DNA from: Pseudovirgaria hyperparasitica
Lineage: Eukaryota
NCBI GenBank assembly: GCA_010093815.1
Contig: ML996570.1
DNA length: 64,000 nt
Direction: 5' to 3' (one strand)
Shown: positions 36,144 to 49,421 of the stretch, piece by piece
How the letters are laid out: the number at the start of each line of letters is the position of its first letter
How positions within the stretch are numbered: the stretch's first letter is position 1
Program-made: the position numbers and the translations under genes
The notes under the pieces: generated by a model
Databases searched by the model: none
What the model saw: only the letters and a program-made list of their open reading frames with translations
What the model was told of the DNA's origin: nothing

Positions 36144-38128
36144 ACCGTTGGACTCGTGTATCGTGTACTAAGCCGGCGTTTGTTGTTTCCACTACTTTCC
36201 CAGTCCGGAATGTGAGAAGCCCGCAGATACTAATGGAATATATAGGATGATTAGGTGACGAAAGATGACTTTGGGAACGAAAAGCTTTGCATGGGTAAAA
36301 TTGAAAAAGTTGCACAGTTTCTGGCCTATTCGACTCGTCGGACACAGAGTATCCTTGGCAAGCAATTACCAACAGAGAGAGCAAGCCAAAAGTTATACGT
36401 CTACCAAAATTGATCGAAGGTGAAGTGACACTGTCAATCTGTGACAGAGACTGAACGTCGTTGGGTATAAAGTTAAACAGTGAGAGGTTTGGGTGGCGAT
36501 CCGTAACAGGAAAGCACGTCGCAGTACGAGAAATGATGAGAAAGATGTTGAAGAAAGGACTCAGATCATGGAAGTATGGATGGCTCTTCATCTCAGCGAA
36601 GATGCCCCTTGCCAGCTTTATACATGGAAGGGCCCACGGCAAGTGTGGAGCAGTACTGTCGGCAGAATCGATTTGGCTTCAGAGGCACACTAAGCCTCCG
36701 CGAACTGACGTGACGATGAAGTATATGACTGGATAACAAACAAGCCATCGATCGTACCGAATGCGGAGTATCCTTCACTCAAGATTTCGGTCAATCCCTG
36801 ATCCTTGTATTCAGTACAGTGCCTTTATCTGATTTCAAACAAATAACGACTCAAGCCGGAATGCTAGGTATGTTCCAAAACGTTCGACGCCACTATGTAT
36901 CTTCCTAGATGCAGACATATTCTCCCGTTATTCCCAGAAACATGTCAAGTCGAACCAACCATTTCTGATCATACTGAGGATAGGTATGCAGCAGTACATG
37001 ATGTAGGCAAACCCCAAGATCATGGTACATCATACTGAATCCAGTAGCTAATCATCATTTTCAACGAACACCGAAACTTAGCATGTGCAAATGTTGTGTT
37101 GGTCTGGCCACGACGCCAAGGTACAAATGCTTACATCAAAATAGATATCTGCTGTTCAACATGACTGCTTACCAGATCAACTGGTAGCTTCAAGTTGCCA
37201 CGGTCATGATGGTTGGGCAGTCATCTTGCGGCGGAGATAGCGACACGTAGACAAAAAAGTGGAGGCATGCTTGTGAGGTGTGGAGGGCTAAAGAATCGAA
37301 GCACTGGAACCAAGTTGTCTCCAGCAGATAGTGACAGTGATAGGAGCAGGAGTATGAAAAATTGACGTTGAGGAATGGATCTCATGCCCGAATCGGGAAG
37401 CGAGATGACACTTGACCACGGGTTCAAGCAGCAGATGCCGGAGCACTAGGTCCATTACAACATCGCCCGGAACGTCCCAGTTGGCTACCTGGAGCATGCG
37501 CATTCATTCTGTGGTAGAGCATCGTGGAGAGTGGAAAATTGTGATGCCGTCACATCATGCTTGCGCGTATCCAGACGATATCGACGTCCATGCGTCACAC
37601 AATCCCAGGGAAAACTTAGCCCATCAAGAATCTCGAGGCGCGGATTCGTTTCTATTAGTAAATGCAAAAACAGTCCCCCTTGAAGATTTTCATACGGATG
37701 CTCGCAATGCCACTACGCCTGGGTCATACCACGGCACGTATGATCAGCTACAGACATACTGGTCAAAATGGTATTAGTCTTTTCTAGGCTTCGACAACTC
37801 TTCGAGAAATCGCTTTTGGACAGTTTGAAAATGTGCATTCCAAGCTAACTATTTGCAAGCGTCTGGCGCATATCAACCATGAATTTTGATTTATATGCGT
37901 ACATGCGTACATATGCACATTTATCGGCTACTTATCGTTCTAGCGCTGTCTTGGCAGCATGGATGGATGGGTTCCATATGCCGACAATGATCTAGGGCTC
38001 TCAAAGTGCACCCAACCGTCTAGATCTATTTCAACCTTTCTCCATCTTCACAGGGAAACGGCGCAACAATTGCCTCTCTCGCATTCGTCCGCACACTCGT
38101 CATCACTCCAGGCTCCTGGTAGACAGCA

Positions 38129-38992
38129 ATGGCAGCGGCAGCAGTCCCGAGTGGAGATGGGTCCTCAGACTCCAAGCAAAACGAGGAGCCAATAGTATTT
38201 GACAAGAAGGCTGCTTCGCGGGCCATGTCGTAGGTGAACCGCTCCCTTGCTACTGTGATATACGGAGCGTACATCTGGTTGGCTCTAGACGCTTGAATAT
38301 CTGCTGGGTAGCACACGCGACACCACAATAGCGTCACACCCAGCATTTCATGCGAGCCACACAGTGCAGACTTCGTAATATACATGTCCATACAGACTCA
38401 CTAAAGCTGATAAAATACCTCTGTCTAGAAAATCACAATCACAGTTCGTTGATCCTTGCCAAGAATTCGCCGATCGAAGCATACGATGCTTACACCGGAA
38501 CGGGAAAGAGAAAGATTTATGCCAGGACTATTTCGAGTACGCATCCTTCATGCCCTCGCATCCCCGATTTCTCCACGACTCTTGTCTCCAGCGTACACAT
38601 ATTACAATCTCTGGTTATGTTGCAATATATACACCGGGTGGGAAAAGGGTTGTGGAATAGTTGCATTTCATACCAAAATGCCTTTCTTGGTTAAGCATGC
38701 TAATGTACTCTCTCTGTTAGTGCATACAAACAGTGTAAAAAGCAATGGGTACGTATGTCTTCTTTATTGGCCCCAAGTTTACCGATCCAACCGCCTTCGT
38801 CATATATCTACATGCACCATTGGATCCTCTCGGTATCGTCTCCAGGCTTGAACCTAAAGGATATCTGTCGCAAAAGTCCTCTACTTGCAGGCGTTTTCCT
38901 CCATTTCTAAAGCCAACAAACCCAGTCTAACAATACACATGCAGATGGAACATCGCCGAGAAGAGCGCCGTAAAGCTGGCAAATGGTTCTAA
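38129..38992 (+). CDS. COX23: Cytochrome c oxidase assembly factor Cox23 (twin CX9C); exons 38129-38229, 38429-38536, 38721-38748, 38945-38992
   Basis: Spliced [94 protein letters not shown]; two CX9C motifs; all junctions GT..AG and in phase. Confidence 0.92.
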
Positions 38993-41821
38993 ACTGTATG
39001 ATCATGATTATGATTATGACACGCCAACATAACGACCTTAATATTACCTGCATCAACAGTTCGTAGATGTATACAACACCCTTCACATCCACGATGAGCC
39101 GCTACGAGTTAGTTGTCACATGCCATACAACAGCAGATGTTCAATACACGGTGATAATTCACTGCACGAACGATCAAGTATACAGGATACGTATCACATT
39201 CGAAAACGCTTCACCAACCTCAACGGCTCTCCTAGAATGTACACAAGGCAAGGCTGTCGAGAGACAAGTTATCAAATCTACACTTCATCCTCGAGCTCTC
39301 ACTCCCAGAACGATGGCTTGCGCACCTCAGACACATCATTGTCGCAAAGCCTTTCCAAATTCCCTGCCCAGGCTACCTCCCGTCGCCTAGCGCACAAAAA
39401 TTGAATCGTCATCTTGTACACTACCACGAATCTCTCACGTGACTGCCACAGATAACAAACTTTGGGATAACTTTCCATTTCCTGTTTCAATCCCGCGTGG
39501 AACCTGGCCCTCCTTGCATCATGGCATGCATACCGTCTCTGACTTCTCGGGCGCTCTGATATCTATCTTATATATGCAGATGAACAGACATCTGAGCCAA
39601 TGGTGTCGTTTGCTACCTCCGGGCTATGGTCCTATATCAAGATTTGGGAAGCGATGTGGGAAGAAGTAGAATGGTTTGCTTCGGCCCACAATCACAATGT
39701 TGGTTGGCTGGTGATACGGTGCGGTAACGGCGGTTAGGACAAAGATGCGTCCAACATCGTTCGGAGACGTAGATAAGATTGATCCGTTCGAGAGGTCACT
39801 TCAAACGAGGTGCGACGTGAGTTGTGTTGCTGAGTCACATGGTTAGCCACCAGGGTGAGATGGACGGAAATGGAAATTAGATCCATTGGCACATCCAGCA
39901 AGCCGGGGCGCGATTCAACGTAGGCTGCAGACCAAGTGGTGGATGGATATGTGACGGAGTTAGGTGGTCGGATGTTCATCTGGGAGATGTGTGTTGTTGG
40001 AGTGAACATGCAAGATACTGCCCGCACGACGCGCTTCGCATCTTGTCGTGCTCGTACGTCTCCATCTTGCTCTGATTCGGCCCACCATCATAGCTGCTCG
40101 GCAATGTGTGATACACCTCCAACAAACTTCGATTTCTCCTGGCCTCTATACGTATCCTCCGTCACTCCTGCACCACAAGCCCACTGCAATCATTCCACAC
40201 AACCCCCAACCAATCTTCCACCCCCCAGACCTCCCACCACTACTTCATACCCCTTCACTAAAATCTACACCCGCAACACGCTTTGCCCAGAACTGCCACC
40301 CATCAAAGCATATTGGGGAATGGTCAATCTTATGATGTATATCTGTCTAATGCTGGTATATAGAGAGGCATGTGATACTGGTAAGTGGAGACGAAGATGT
40401 GACGTGAAGGAGACGAGAAACAGCAGAACGAGGAAAAGATATATTAATGGAAGATAGATGTGAGGAGAGTGTGCCGATATGGCCGAGCCAGGCGTTTGTA
40501 ATCATGGCGTGTCAAGCATAGACGTTCGTGACGCGCTGGCTGACTATACGGCGCTGGATAACGTGTGCTTTAGCGGCGTTGGGGATGGTGTTGACGGTGT
40601 GTATTTCGACACCTGTAAGGTGCTTACAGGTGTGTATGGATAGACAGGTGCGCACATAAAATCTACTCGAGAACTACTCGAGTTGTAGCCCTGATAACGT
40701 AATCAGCTGTATATATATGTGTCTTGGAAGGATGAAACGCTCGTTGTTTGAGCTCGAACTGCTTTCAAGATGTCAGTATTCATTGACCTCTGCTAGAAAC
40801 ATCTGTTTCGCCTTTACCGTAATACTTGAACAAAGCTGTGCGTTTTATACTAACCACGACTCCGTGCTTGTCGTTCCTAGTGATCTGGAGAAGGCTGCGT
40901 GCTTGTGGTGATTCCCTCTACTCGCAGCGGACCCTTCATCCGCCCAACGCCTTTGTGAAGCTCTACTAGAATCATGAACAGTCATAAAAGAGTATTCTCT
41001 GATCTTGTAGCTGACGGTGAGGGTCGGAAATCCCTGTCTGCGCTCTGAACTACGAAGAATAGGAATCTCACAAACTTACGTAGCCGAATTCGCAATCAAG
41101 CTTCAATGAGGTAGCGAATGTGGTGCCTTCAAGGAGCAATATGCTTTATAGCCAGCTCGGAGACACAGGAGGTCTTTAAGGTCCAGTAAATCAGTAGCGT
41201 GGATGGCTGATGTCTAGAAAAGTACAGCTCCCAGCTGGGCGAGTGCCTGCAAACAAGTTTGATATCTCCCTGAGGCGACTCCAGTGGTTTCGAGGAGTTA
41301 TACAGGTGACAGATATCTTACAACAGTTGAGTTGAGAGCAGACCAAAGAGCTTGGTACACAACAGAGATGTGAAGTGTCGGGGGTTTGAGGTGACTGGAA
41401 AGCCATATTAGCGATAGAGATTTAAAGGCCTGCTTTTGCTATAGCAGCATTCAACCCCAATTTAAGTTTACAAGTCTGAAGAAACAGCTGTTTATGAATC
41501 CTTGACGAGCCAAGTTCCCGTCTGATTTTGTAGGGATACCTGATTCTCCTTAGTTTAAAGCGTGATTTCGGCGATAGAGTGTCCAAAATCTGTTGTTCTC
41601 GGATATTTGGTAGGGTCGCTGCTGTTGAGCGAAGCTAGAGCTTTGCCTGTTTTCCATGTGAGCGCTGTATAATCTGCTCGTAGCCTGCCTCCCTTTTCAA
41701 CACCACAACAACATCACAGCGTCCATATCGCCAACCCAAGATCCACTTCAAACAAGTCAAACCTCTTCTTGATAATCTCATAGCCAACCTCTAAAGTTTG
41801 TAGATCTACTTTAACTTCATC

Positions 41822-42013
41822 ATGCCGTTCGCGCCTCTCGACACCACCGTCTGCTGCGTATGTTCCCGGTCGAACTCGACCTGAACACCCACGCTCAACC
41901 TCTGGCAGCTCAAGAGGAGCTGCTATGTTTGTTCTCATCATCTCTGCTGCTACTGCAGCTTGGTGCCGACTACCACCAAGGAGGTCGCAGCCCTCAAGTG
42001 CAAGGGCCTGTAG
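41822..42013 (+). CDS. 46-aa Cys-rich microprotein, two exons (intron 41858-41908)
   Basis: MPFAPLDTTVCC|LKRSCYVCSHHLCCYCSLVPTTTKEVAALKCKGL*; atcATG context, GTATGT donor, 51-nt intron, CA-rich leader. Confidence 0.6.
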
Positions 42014-42168
42014 GCCATCAAATCGATGATTGTACGTATCTACCACCATTAATGACCTCAGATTACGGATAGCCATCAGAACAAGAAGCTAATCTGTTGT
42101 GCTTGAGCAGTGTATTCATATCTGTAGTATACATACGATAGCGGTCTTGTCTTGTCCAAAGAGCGCAT

Positions 42169-45100
42169 CTACACCTTCTCAAGTGCCTTTACCACGCCCT
42201 CCAGCGCCGAAGCAATCGATGATTGCCCAAGGTAGCTTGCTAGAGAACCTACGTGAAGCCTGTTCTCTAACCTTTTAGCGATCCTCTCACCAAGCGGATC
42301 CTGCTTCATCGCAGCCTCGTATTCCGAGATGGTCGAGGCTACCGCGCGACCGGTGCCCTTCCACTCTCTTACATACGTGATGATCCGCTTGGCGGCGGCC
42401 GCGGAAACGCCAGACAGCTTCTTGATGCTCTCAGCACCGAGGTGCTTGTTGGCAGCATGCTTTGAGTCTTTATGAAGCTCGCCAGCTTTCCTGGCAAGCT
42501 TCGACAGCGAGCGCACCAGCTCGGCAGCGCTGTGGAGCGCAGTTAGGGCCTTGTTGCCATATATTTTCGGCAAGTTCTTGCCGAAGAAAGGAAGCTGACT
42601 GTCAGCAGCAGCACAAAGCTCCTCCCAGTCTGCGTTCAATGACTCTCCCGGCGTGGACATCTGAACAGCGACGCGACGTACGATGCTCCAGAGAGCTAAT
42701 GCGGCCTTTTCGGACTCGGTAGTCTCACTTCGGTACTCCTCTGGATGCTTCGACACATACTGCTCATGTGCGGCACAGTCAAGGACAAGCGGGCGGTCTC
42801 CGTAGATGAGACTCTGCGTATTCTCGACAATCAAGAAAGCAGATAGCCAAGCCTGTCTAGGGATAGGATTGCCCATAACATCTACTTCGCTGTGTGTAGG
42901 AATGGGAAACATTTCAGGCATGCCTGGTGGCGCTACGACGGAACCAAGCTTGAAGTCTCGCTTGTCTATAATGGTCTCAGGAGAGCCAAGAGCTGGAGAT
43001 ATCAGTGGAAAATTCTTATGCTTGGGGAAACTACTCACGGATCTGGCACTCTACGACCCTGTCGCCTGTCATACGATTGATGCGTCGCAGTTCGAGTAGC
43101 ACCATGGCTCTAGAGAAGCTGTGATCCAGCTCAAGGGTCAAATTCAAGCGTTCGATGATACCACTCAGAGATCCCATCGACTTATTCTTGGGCAACGAAG
43201 ATTGTTCAACGGCCAACTTACTGTCATCTGTGACAAACTTTCTTAGGCTTCTGCCCTTGGCCAGCAGATCTTTATCAAGCTCGCGATCGTAATACTGGAC
43301 ACTAGCTTCTAGCTCTCTGGTTAACGTGCGCTCCTTCTCCCGAGCAGATCTGAAGACCCTCAATGATTTGTTGGGACCGCCGGAGTACGGCTCGCAAGGC
43401 TTTGCTAAAGGATGTTGGATCGATATTCGAGAGAACATGTTATGTGCCATTGCATCGCCAACGAAGTTCTTGATGGTCAATGTGTGCCATATTGAGATGG
43501 CGAGATCTCCAAGGCCGAGCGACAACAAAACCTTAACGAGAAGTAGGCGGGTTGCTTGCTGGGGCTGTTTACCCTCATCATCTATGGTCCAGGTCAATAG
43601 CAAAGCCGCTTGTATGACTCGGACTCGGCGATTCTCAGCGGGAAGCGACAAAAGCGCCACTGCAGCCAGGAATATCGGATTCTTGTAATCAGGCTCGCAG
43701 GCCTCGGCCATCGGTTTGGCTCCAGTCTCGGACCAGCCAATACAACGCAGAGCAAAATGGTCTGCTTCCTCTTGAGTAAAAGGTATGTTGCCTTCTGTTG
43801 TTCTTAAAATGAATTCGCAAAACAATGCATTCATTCTGCGCTTGTATCGGTTTCCTTTATAAGGTAATGGCATCTCGTAGAGCTTCCAAAGAAAACTTCG
43901 AATGTCAACATTAGTCATGATCGAACGCATGTCGTCAACGGCCATGATATCCTCGCAGTAGTTGCTGAAATACTGCACGCATTGTCCGAGGAAGGTTTCG
44001 TCATCCTGTCGGCTCTTGGACAGTACGACTTTGGCGAGCTGGGGACCGCTAGTTAGGCGAGGGACCCAATCTGGGAGGGCTCCGAGAGCATAGATGGTCC
44101 GGTCGAAAGCCTCTTGACATCTGAATCGAGACTGGAATTAGTAAGAGCGATTCAAAAGTGGTGATTTCCTTACGAAGTATCGCCTTGTTTGGACAGCTCC
44201 CGCACTGCTACAGCCCACTGGGTAAAAACCTCTGCTTGGTCCATCATAAAGATGACACGAGTGACGAGCGATGCTTTATTAGAAGGATCGGATTTGGATC
44301 CTTGCGCGTCCTTCAAGGCGACTTCCATGAGATCTGCAAGATATTCTACCATCGCCTTCCATTCACCCAAATCCCGTAGGCTCTTAAATTTCTTTGAGAG
44401 ATAGGACTGCATACCTTGATGTACAGCTTCACTCAGGGCACCGCTACCATCTTTCGAGAAGAATTCCTTGAGCTTGTCGCGTTGTTGAAGCTTAGTATAC
44501 ACAGTCAAGGCAATATTGAGGTGAGATGGAGTCGTGATCCTTGGGCCTTGGGCCTTCAAAATTGTCAATCTGTGGATTCGGTCGACTTCAAGGACAGAGT
44601 CTGACAAACCTCGTTGATGGTGTTCTCGAACGCTTTCGTGATCTCGGTGGTCGCACCTCGCTGAAGAGCAATCGCATAGAATGTTTCAGAGCTACAGGCC
44701 TCTGAGGCTAACTGGCAGAGGTGCGCGCTCAAGAAATGAAGATCCGAATCAGTTCGTGTCTTCTTGAGCTCTCGACAAGCCTATCGCCTGTGAGATGAGG
44801 ATTCAAGAATTATGGTACAAGTGGTTGGATGAACATACCGCGACAAGGTCCTTCAGAGCAAGTGAGCCATAAGCACATTGAAAGAAGATCTCCATGGGTC
44901 TTGAAGATGGAACTTTGACTTTGCTTTTAAGGAAAATTGCTTCAGCAGCCTTGAAATGATCCAAAACTAGGGATGGAGCTCCAAGGAAAATGATTCCCTG
45001 TCTCCTCTTATTCAGGGCATAGGCGTTGTACACACGTCGGAGGTAATTCGTCTCAATCGTTGTTGGTTTTGCTTCAAGCAGACTCAGAAGAATCTCTTCG

Positions 45101-45322
45101 GCTTGAACATATTGACCAAGCCTCGAGTGAAGTTCTGCAATCCAGATCTTTTAACGTTATCAGTCCCGACTTCAAAGGATATATCGGAGGAGTACGCACC
45201 TGACAAAAGACGGAAGGGGACTTCTTCAGCTCCTTTCGTAACACCTTGATTGCCTGAGGGTAGTTTTTCGCATAGGTATACACTATCTCGTCGATACGGC
45301 TGATGTGCGCGGGAGGAGCCAT
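42169..45322 (-). CDS. MDM20: NatB N-acetyltransferase auxiliary subunit (Mdm20/Naa25-like), multi-exon, divergent
   Basis: TPR-like N-terminus (KNYPQAIKVLRKELKKSP); VIQAALLL..RLLLVKVLLSLGLGDLA..TLTIKN..MAHNMFSRISIQHP matches the NatB_MDM20 pattern. Confidence 0.72.
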
Positions 45323-47230
45323 GTTTCTCCACACTGGATAAACAGTGGCAGATGAGTCTGGCTTGGATGAAGTTGAGATGCTGCTTTTGGGAACGTCGTA
45401 ATCTGGAAAGTAGGTACTGTCAGTCCCATCTCTGTATCCAAGCATTAAAAAGTTCTCCATGGTAACCAAAGACCATCAAAAACTGACAAAAATGCAGTAC
45501 TTAGGAAAGAAACGGATAGTAGTGCGGAGATATACAATTGGTGAGGCTTTACAGATGCTGCGGTACAATACGACTTCAGTGCTGATGTTGATGTTGGAGG
45601 TAAGAGGGAAGTGCGCTGGTAGATAATCTCAAAGCTCCCCATCTCCCAAAGATCCCGCACTGACGCTACCCCCAGAGTGTATGTTGATGGACCCCAGAAT
45701 GGCTCACCTGCCACGGCAAAGTATCCGTCATTGAGATTGACTCAGAGACCAAATAGATACGAATTTGAGCTCTGTCACGTAGATCTGCTAAGGATATTGG
45801 GCACGCGATGCATATACCCAGACAATATGGAAATCGCGAAGCTCCCTCTTTAGACCGAGAAACTGGTTTATGGATGCAAGAAGATGCTCCGACATAGCGA
45901 GCTGCGCAAACAGACCTAGATCCTGAGACACTCCAGGCTATGAGATATTCAGACTTGACCCGCAAGAACACCAGCATCTATGCAGATGCACGCCTGCGCG
46001 GGATCATGCAAACATCGTATGGAGCACAACCTACAGTCAGGGGGCTCCTGATACTGTTCGATCTTAGCCCTTGTCAATGCTTTCACACACTTTGACAAAG
46101 CATACCCCTAGACATTTGACTTCACATGATGAAAGCTGAACGAATACAAAGGCTTACCATTAGAACTCTCGATAATCTGTACAGAGTCTTTCGGCTCTAG
46201 AAAGCACTGACACTCTACATTCTGCAGAAAAGTGCCATTTGTGCATGTACGTAAAAAACCCCCCTCCTTCCTTTATCTCGCGGTATATTTTTATCATTGT
46301 TGACTCCACGAAGCTTTGAAAATGAAACGAAGAAGCTACAAGAGTAACGGAATATGTGCTTACCTGTTGAACAAGCTACTAAAGGCCCAGCGTTGTATTT
46401 CTGGAACTTGTGAATCGACCAGTCGGCCACCCCTTTTGAAGGATCTACCTGAACCCATCAGCCTTGTCCGATCGATATCTTTCGTATCAACCCCTTACCG
46501 AAGCACAAGTATACCTTCCCCCTGCAAGGGACAGAATTCAATGCATAAGACTTAACTAACGATGTCACAGATGAGTCCAGATAGGAGTCCGTTGTCCGTA
46601 AAGTCGGAAGTTCGAGTTGATATTCGGTGATGAAATCTTCAATAAGGCTATAAAAGGAGAATAGTCTGATGAGATGTTGACTTGAGCAATCTATAAGACA
46701 ATGCTCTTTGATATTAGGTGGTCATGGACGACAGGCCTTGGGCAATGCAGGTTTTTCGATGGCTGGGCACTCCCTTGTTCTAAGCTCGCGCCGGATGCAA
46801 CAGGTTGCTGTGAATTATCCCAGAAAGAGACGTAAGATCCTAACACCAGAGCCCGTATACGACCCTCGAGGGCTGGCAGCAAGCAAGAAAACCGTGTGAG
46901 GAAGAGATGAAGAGAGAGAAGACGTCCATCTATCATTATGTGGTCGTGCAGGCTTGGCTTGGCTTGGCTTGAAGGCGGCGTTCCTCCCTCAGCCTACCCA
47001 CTTACCTAGCCCCCCAGTCTCTTCTTTCCTACTGTCTCACCCGACCGCACGTCAGCCAGCCCGAGCTCGTCATCTATCGGGGAATCGTCGGTGAATCTGC
47101 TAATAGCTATTCCAAGCCTACACGCGGCTGTTTGCTTCATCACTGCTGTCGCAAGCGTTCGCTCCTTCGTCAACAACACATTTCACCACCTATTTCCACA
47201 GCTGCGACTTCTTCGCTCCCAGCTACTACT

Positions 47231-49421
47231 ATGGATGACTACGAGAGAGATCGTGCGCAGCTCAACGAGATCGTCGCGCCCGTGGTAAGGAGCTATGACA
47301 TAGACCTCGTCGAGTGAAGATGGCTGACATGGTTTTCAGATCGGTGAACCTGATGACTATCTTATATGGGATGGAGTCATCAAAGTTCTTATGGACTTCG
47401 ATGGTGGCTTGAACCGCAATTCTAGTGACCTCGCCATCTCAGCAATTCGCGACGTGTACGACCGCCTGCTTCTCAAGTTTCCTCTATTCTTTGGTTATTG
47501 GAAGAAGTACGCAGATCTTGAATTTTCGCTCTCTGGTACCGAAGGTGCTGAACTGGTACGTTGATATTCTTCTTCACAAGATAGGACAGCTACTAAGAAG
47601 GTTTAGGTGTACGAGCGAGGAATTGGCAGCGTTGGCGTCAGTACCGCTCTTTGGGCTTATTATTGCGAGTTCAAGATGCAAACCTGTCACGAACCTGAGA
47701 TCGTTCGAGAGTAAGTCCCATCGCTTGTGTCCTTCCCCCTCAGAATCACAATCAGACACTATGCAACAGCTACTGCTACCGACGATCTTCTATCTGAAAA
47801 CCTTAATGTGGTGAGAGCGCTGCGACCCAACGAACCCCCGAAACTACTTCTCACCTGTTGTTGCTCAGAGTCCTCCACTACCTTCGTTATCCTTCATATG
47901 CATGAGCGGGGCGTCTCGAATCAGTCATTAGCTGTCTACCGCTCCACTTTCGAGCAGGGCTGCGCGCTTCACGTTATTCCAGACGTAAACCCCTTTGCTT
48001 CCCCTACCAATACTCTTGCCCCTTGTGCGCCAATCTATATACTGACATGTTTTCATTAGGCTGTTCGAGCGAGGCGCTGAATGCTGTGGCTTAGACTGGC
48101 ACTCCGAAGCTTTCTGGGACAAGTGGCTTGAGTTTGAGGATCGAGTCGACGCCCCGGCCGAAAAATACAAAGTCCTGGTCCGGGTCAGCACATTGCCAAT
48201 CTCTCACTATGCCAGATATTATGAGCAGATCCGCATATACGCCAATACTCGACCCGTCGACGAGCTTGTACCTGCAGCTCAGCTTGCAAGCTACCGTGAT
48301 CAGGTCAGCTGCGAAAACTCCTACGGCCGACAAAAGAGCGAAGCCGAGAAAGACCGTGAGATACGAGCGCTGGTCGATGCTCACTACATCGAAGTTTGTC
48401 AAAAGACCTACGCGGAGTACGTAAAGCGGTATAATCACGAGGAGAGGTTCACCACCGGATTCTTCACACCGGGCGAAATAGAAGAGGCTCAGTTGGAGAA
48501 TTGGCGCAAATATCTCGACTTCGAGGAACAGGAGGGAAAGTTTAATCGTACCATGTTCCTCTACGAGCGTTGTGTATCCATTTGCGCAAATTACGAAGAG
48601 TTTTGGCTCCGCTACGTTCGTTGGATGTCCGCGCAGCCTGACAAGCAAGAAAATACTCGCCATATCTTCGCTCGAGCATCAACCATATTCCTTCCCATTG
48701 CACTGTACCAAATACGTCTACTATGGGCCCTGTTCGAGGAGACAAGCATGAATCGCCTAGACGTCGCCAGGGACATCCTTCAAGGAATCATCTTCGCCAC
48801 GCCTCAGAATCTGGAGGCTCTGGAGGCCTGGGCAAGTTTAGAACACCGGCAGAATGGACTGGACGCTGCGCTCGATGTCTATCGCGCCCAGATCGGAAAT
48901 ACAGACACAGATCTTCATGTCAAAGGTGCAATTATCAAAAAGGCCGGACTCATGATCTGGAAATTTCGTAGTAGCACCGAGGCACGTCGTCTCTTCGATG
49001 AGAACGTAGAGCACTACATGTCGATCCCCGCGTTTTGGAAAGGTTATCTCCAAGTAGAGATGAGTCAGTCGGCCAAAGAGCCCCACGATGTAGCACAACG
49101 TCAGCGTGTCAGGAATCTTCACCAGCAAATTCGCAACAACGGTCGTCTTCCTCCTCATGCGGTTCGACAATTGTCTGAGATGTATATGCACTTCCTCCTA
49201 GACAATGGCGCGAAAGAATCAGTTGAAGAGTACCTTCACGTGGATCTTCTTGTCAATGGGTAAGCTTTACATTCCGAATCCGTTCACAGTATATTAATAC
49301 TAGCAGATCCTTCCCAACGTCAGCGGCTGTCCAGCGTGCTCAGCCCATGATTCAGAAGCCTCAAAGCAAGGGCAAAGCAAAGGAAAACAAGCGCTTGGGA
49401 GATGTTGAGATGACCGGCTAG
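47231..49421 (+). CDS. PRP39: U1 snRNP HAT-repeat protein Prp39; 5 exons including a 349-nt intron 3 (47711-48059)
   Basis: GGLNRNSS, VYDRLLLKFPLFFGYWKKYADLEF, QLENWRKYLDFEE, FLYERC..CANYEEFWLRYVRWM. Confidence 0.93.

Noticed and set aside
37377..37777. Interrupted protein-like frames upstream of COX23
   Set aside because: No recognisable motifs or consistent splice structure
39700..41400. Long non-coding stretch considered as telomerase RNA or another ncRNA
   Set aside because: No TAACCCTAA template, RNase P/MRP, SRP or snRNA signatures seen
41714..42076. 120-aa minus-strand ORF
   Set aside because: Lies in the 3' region of the MDM20-like gene and antisense to the better-supported spliced microprotein
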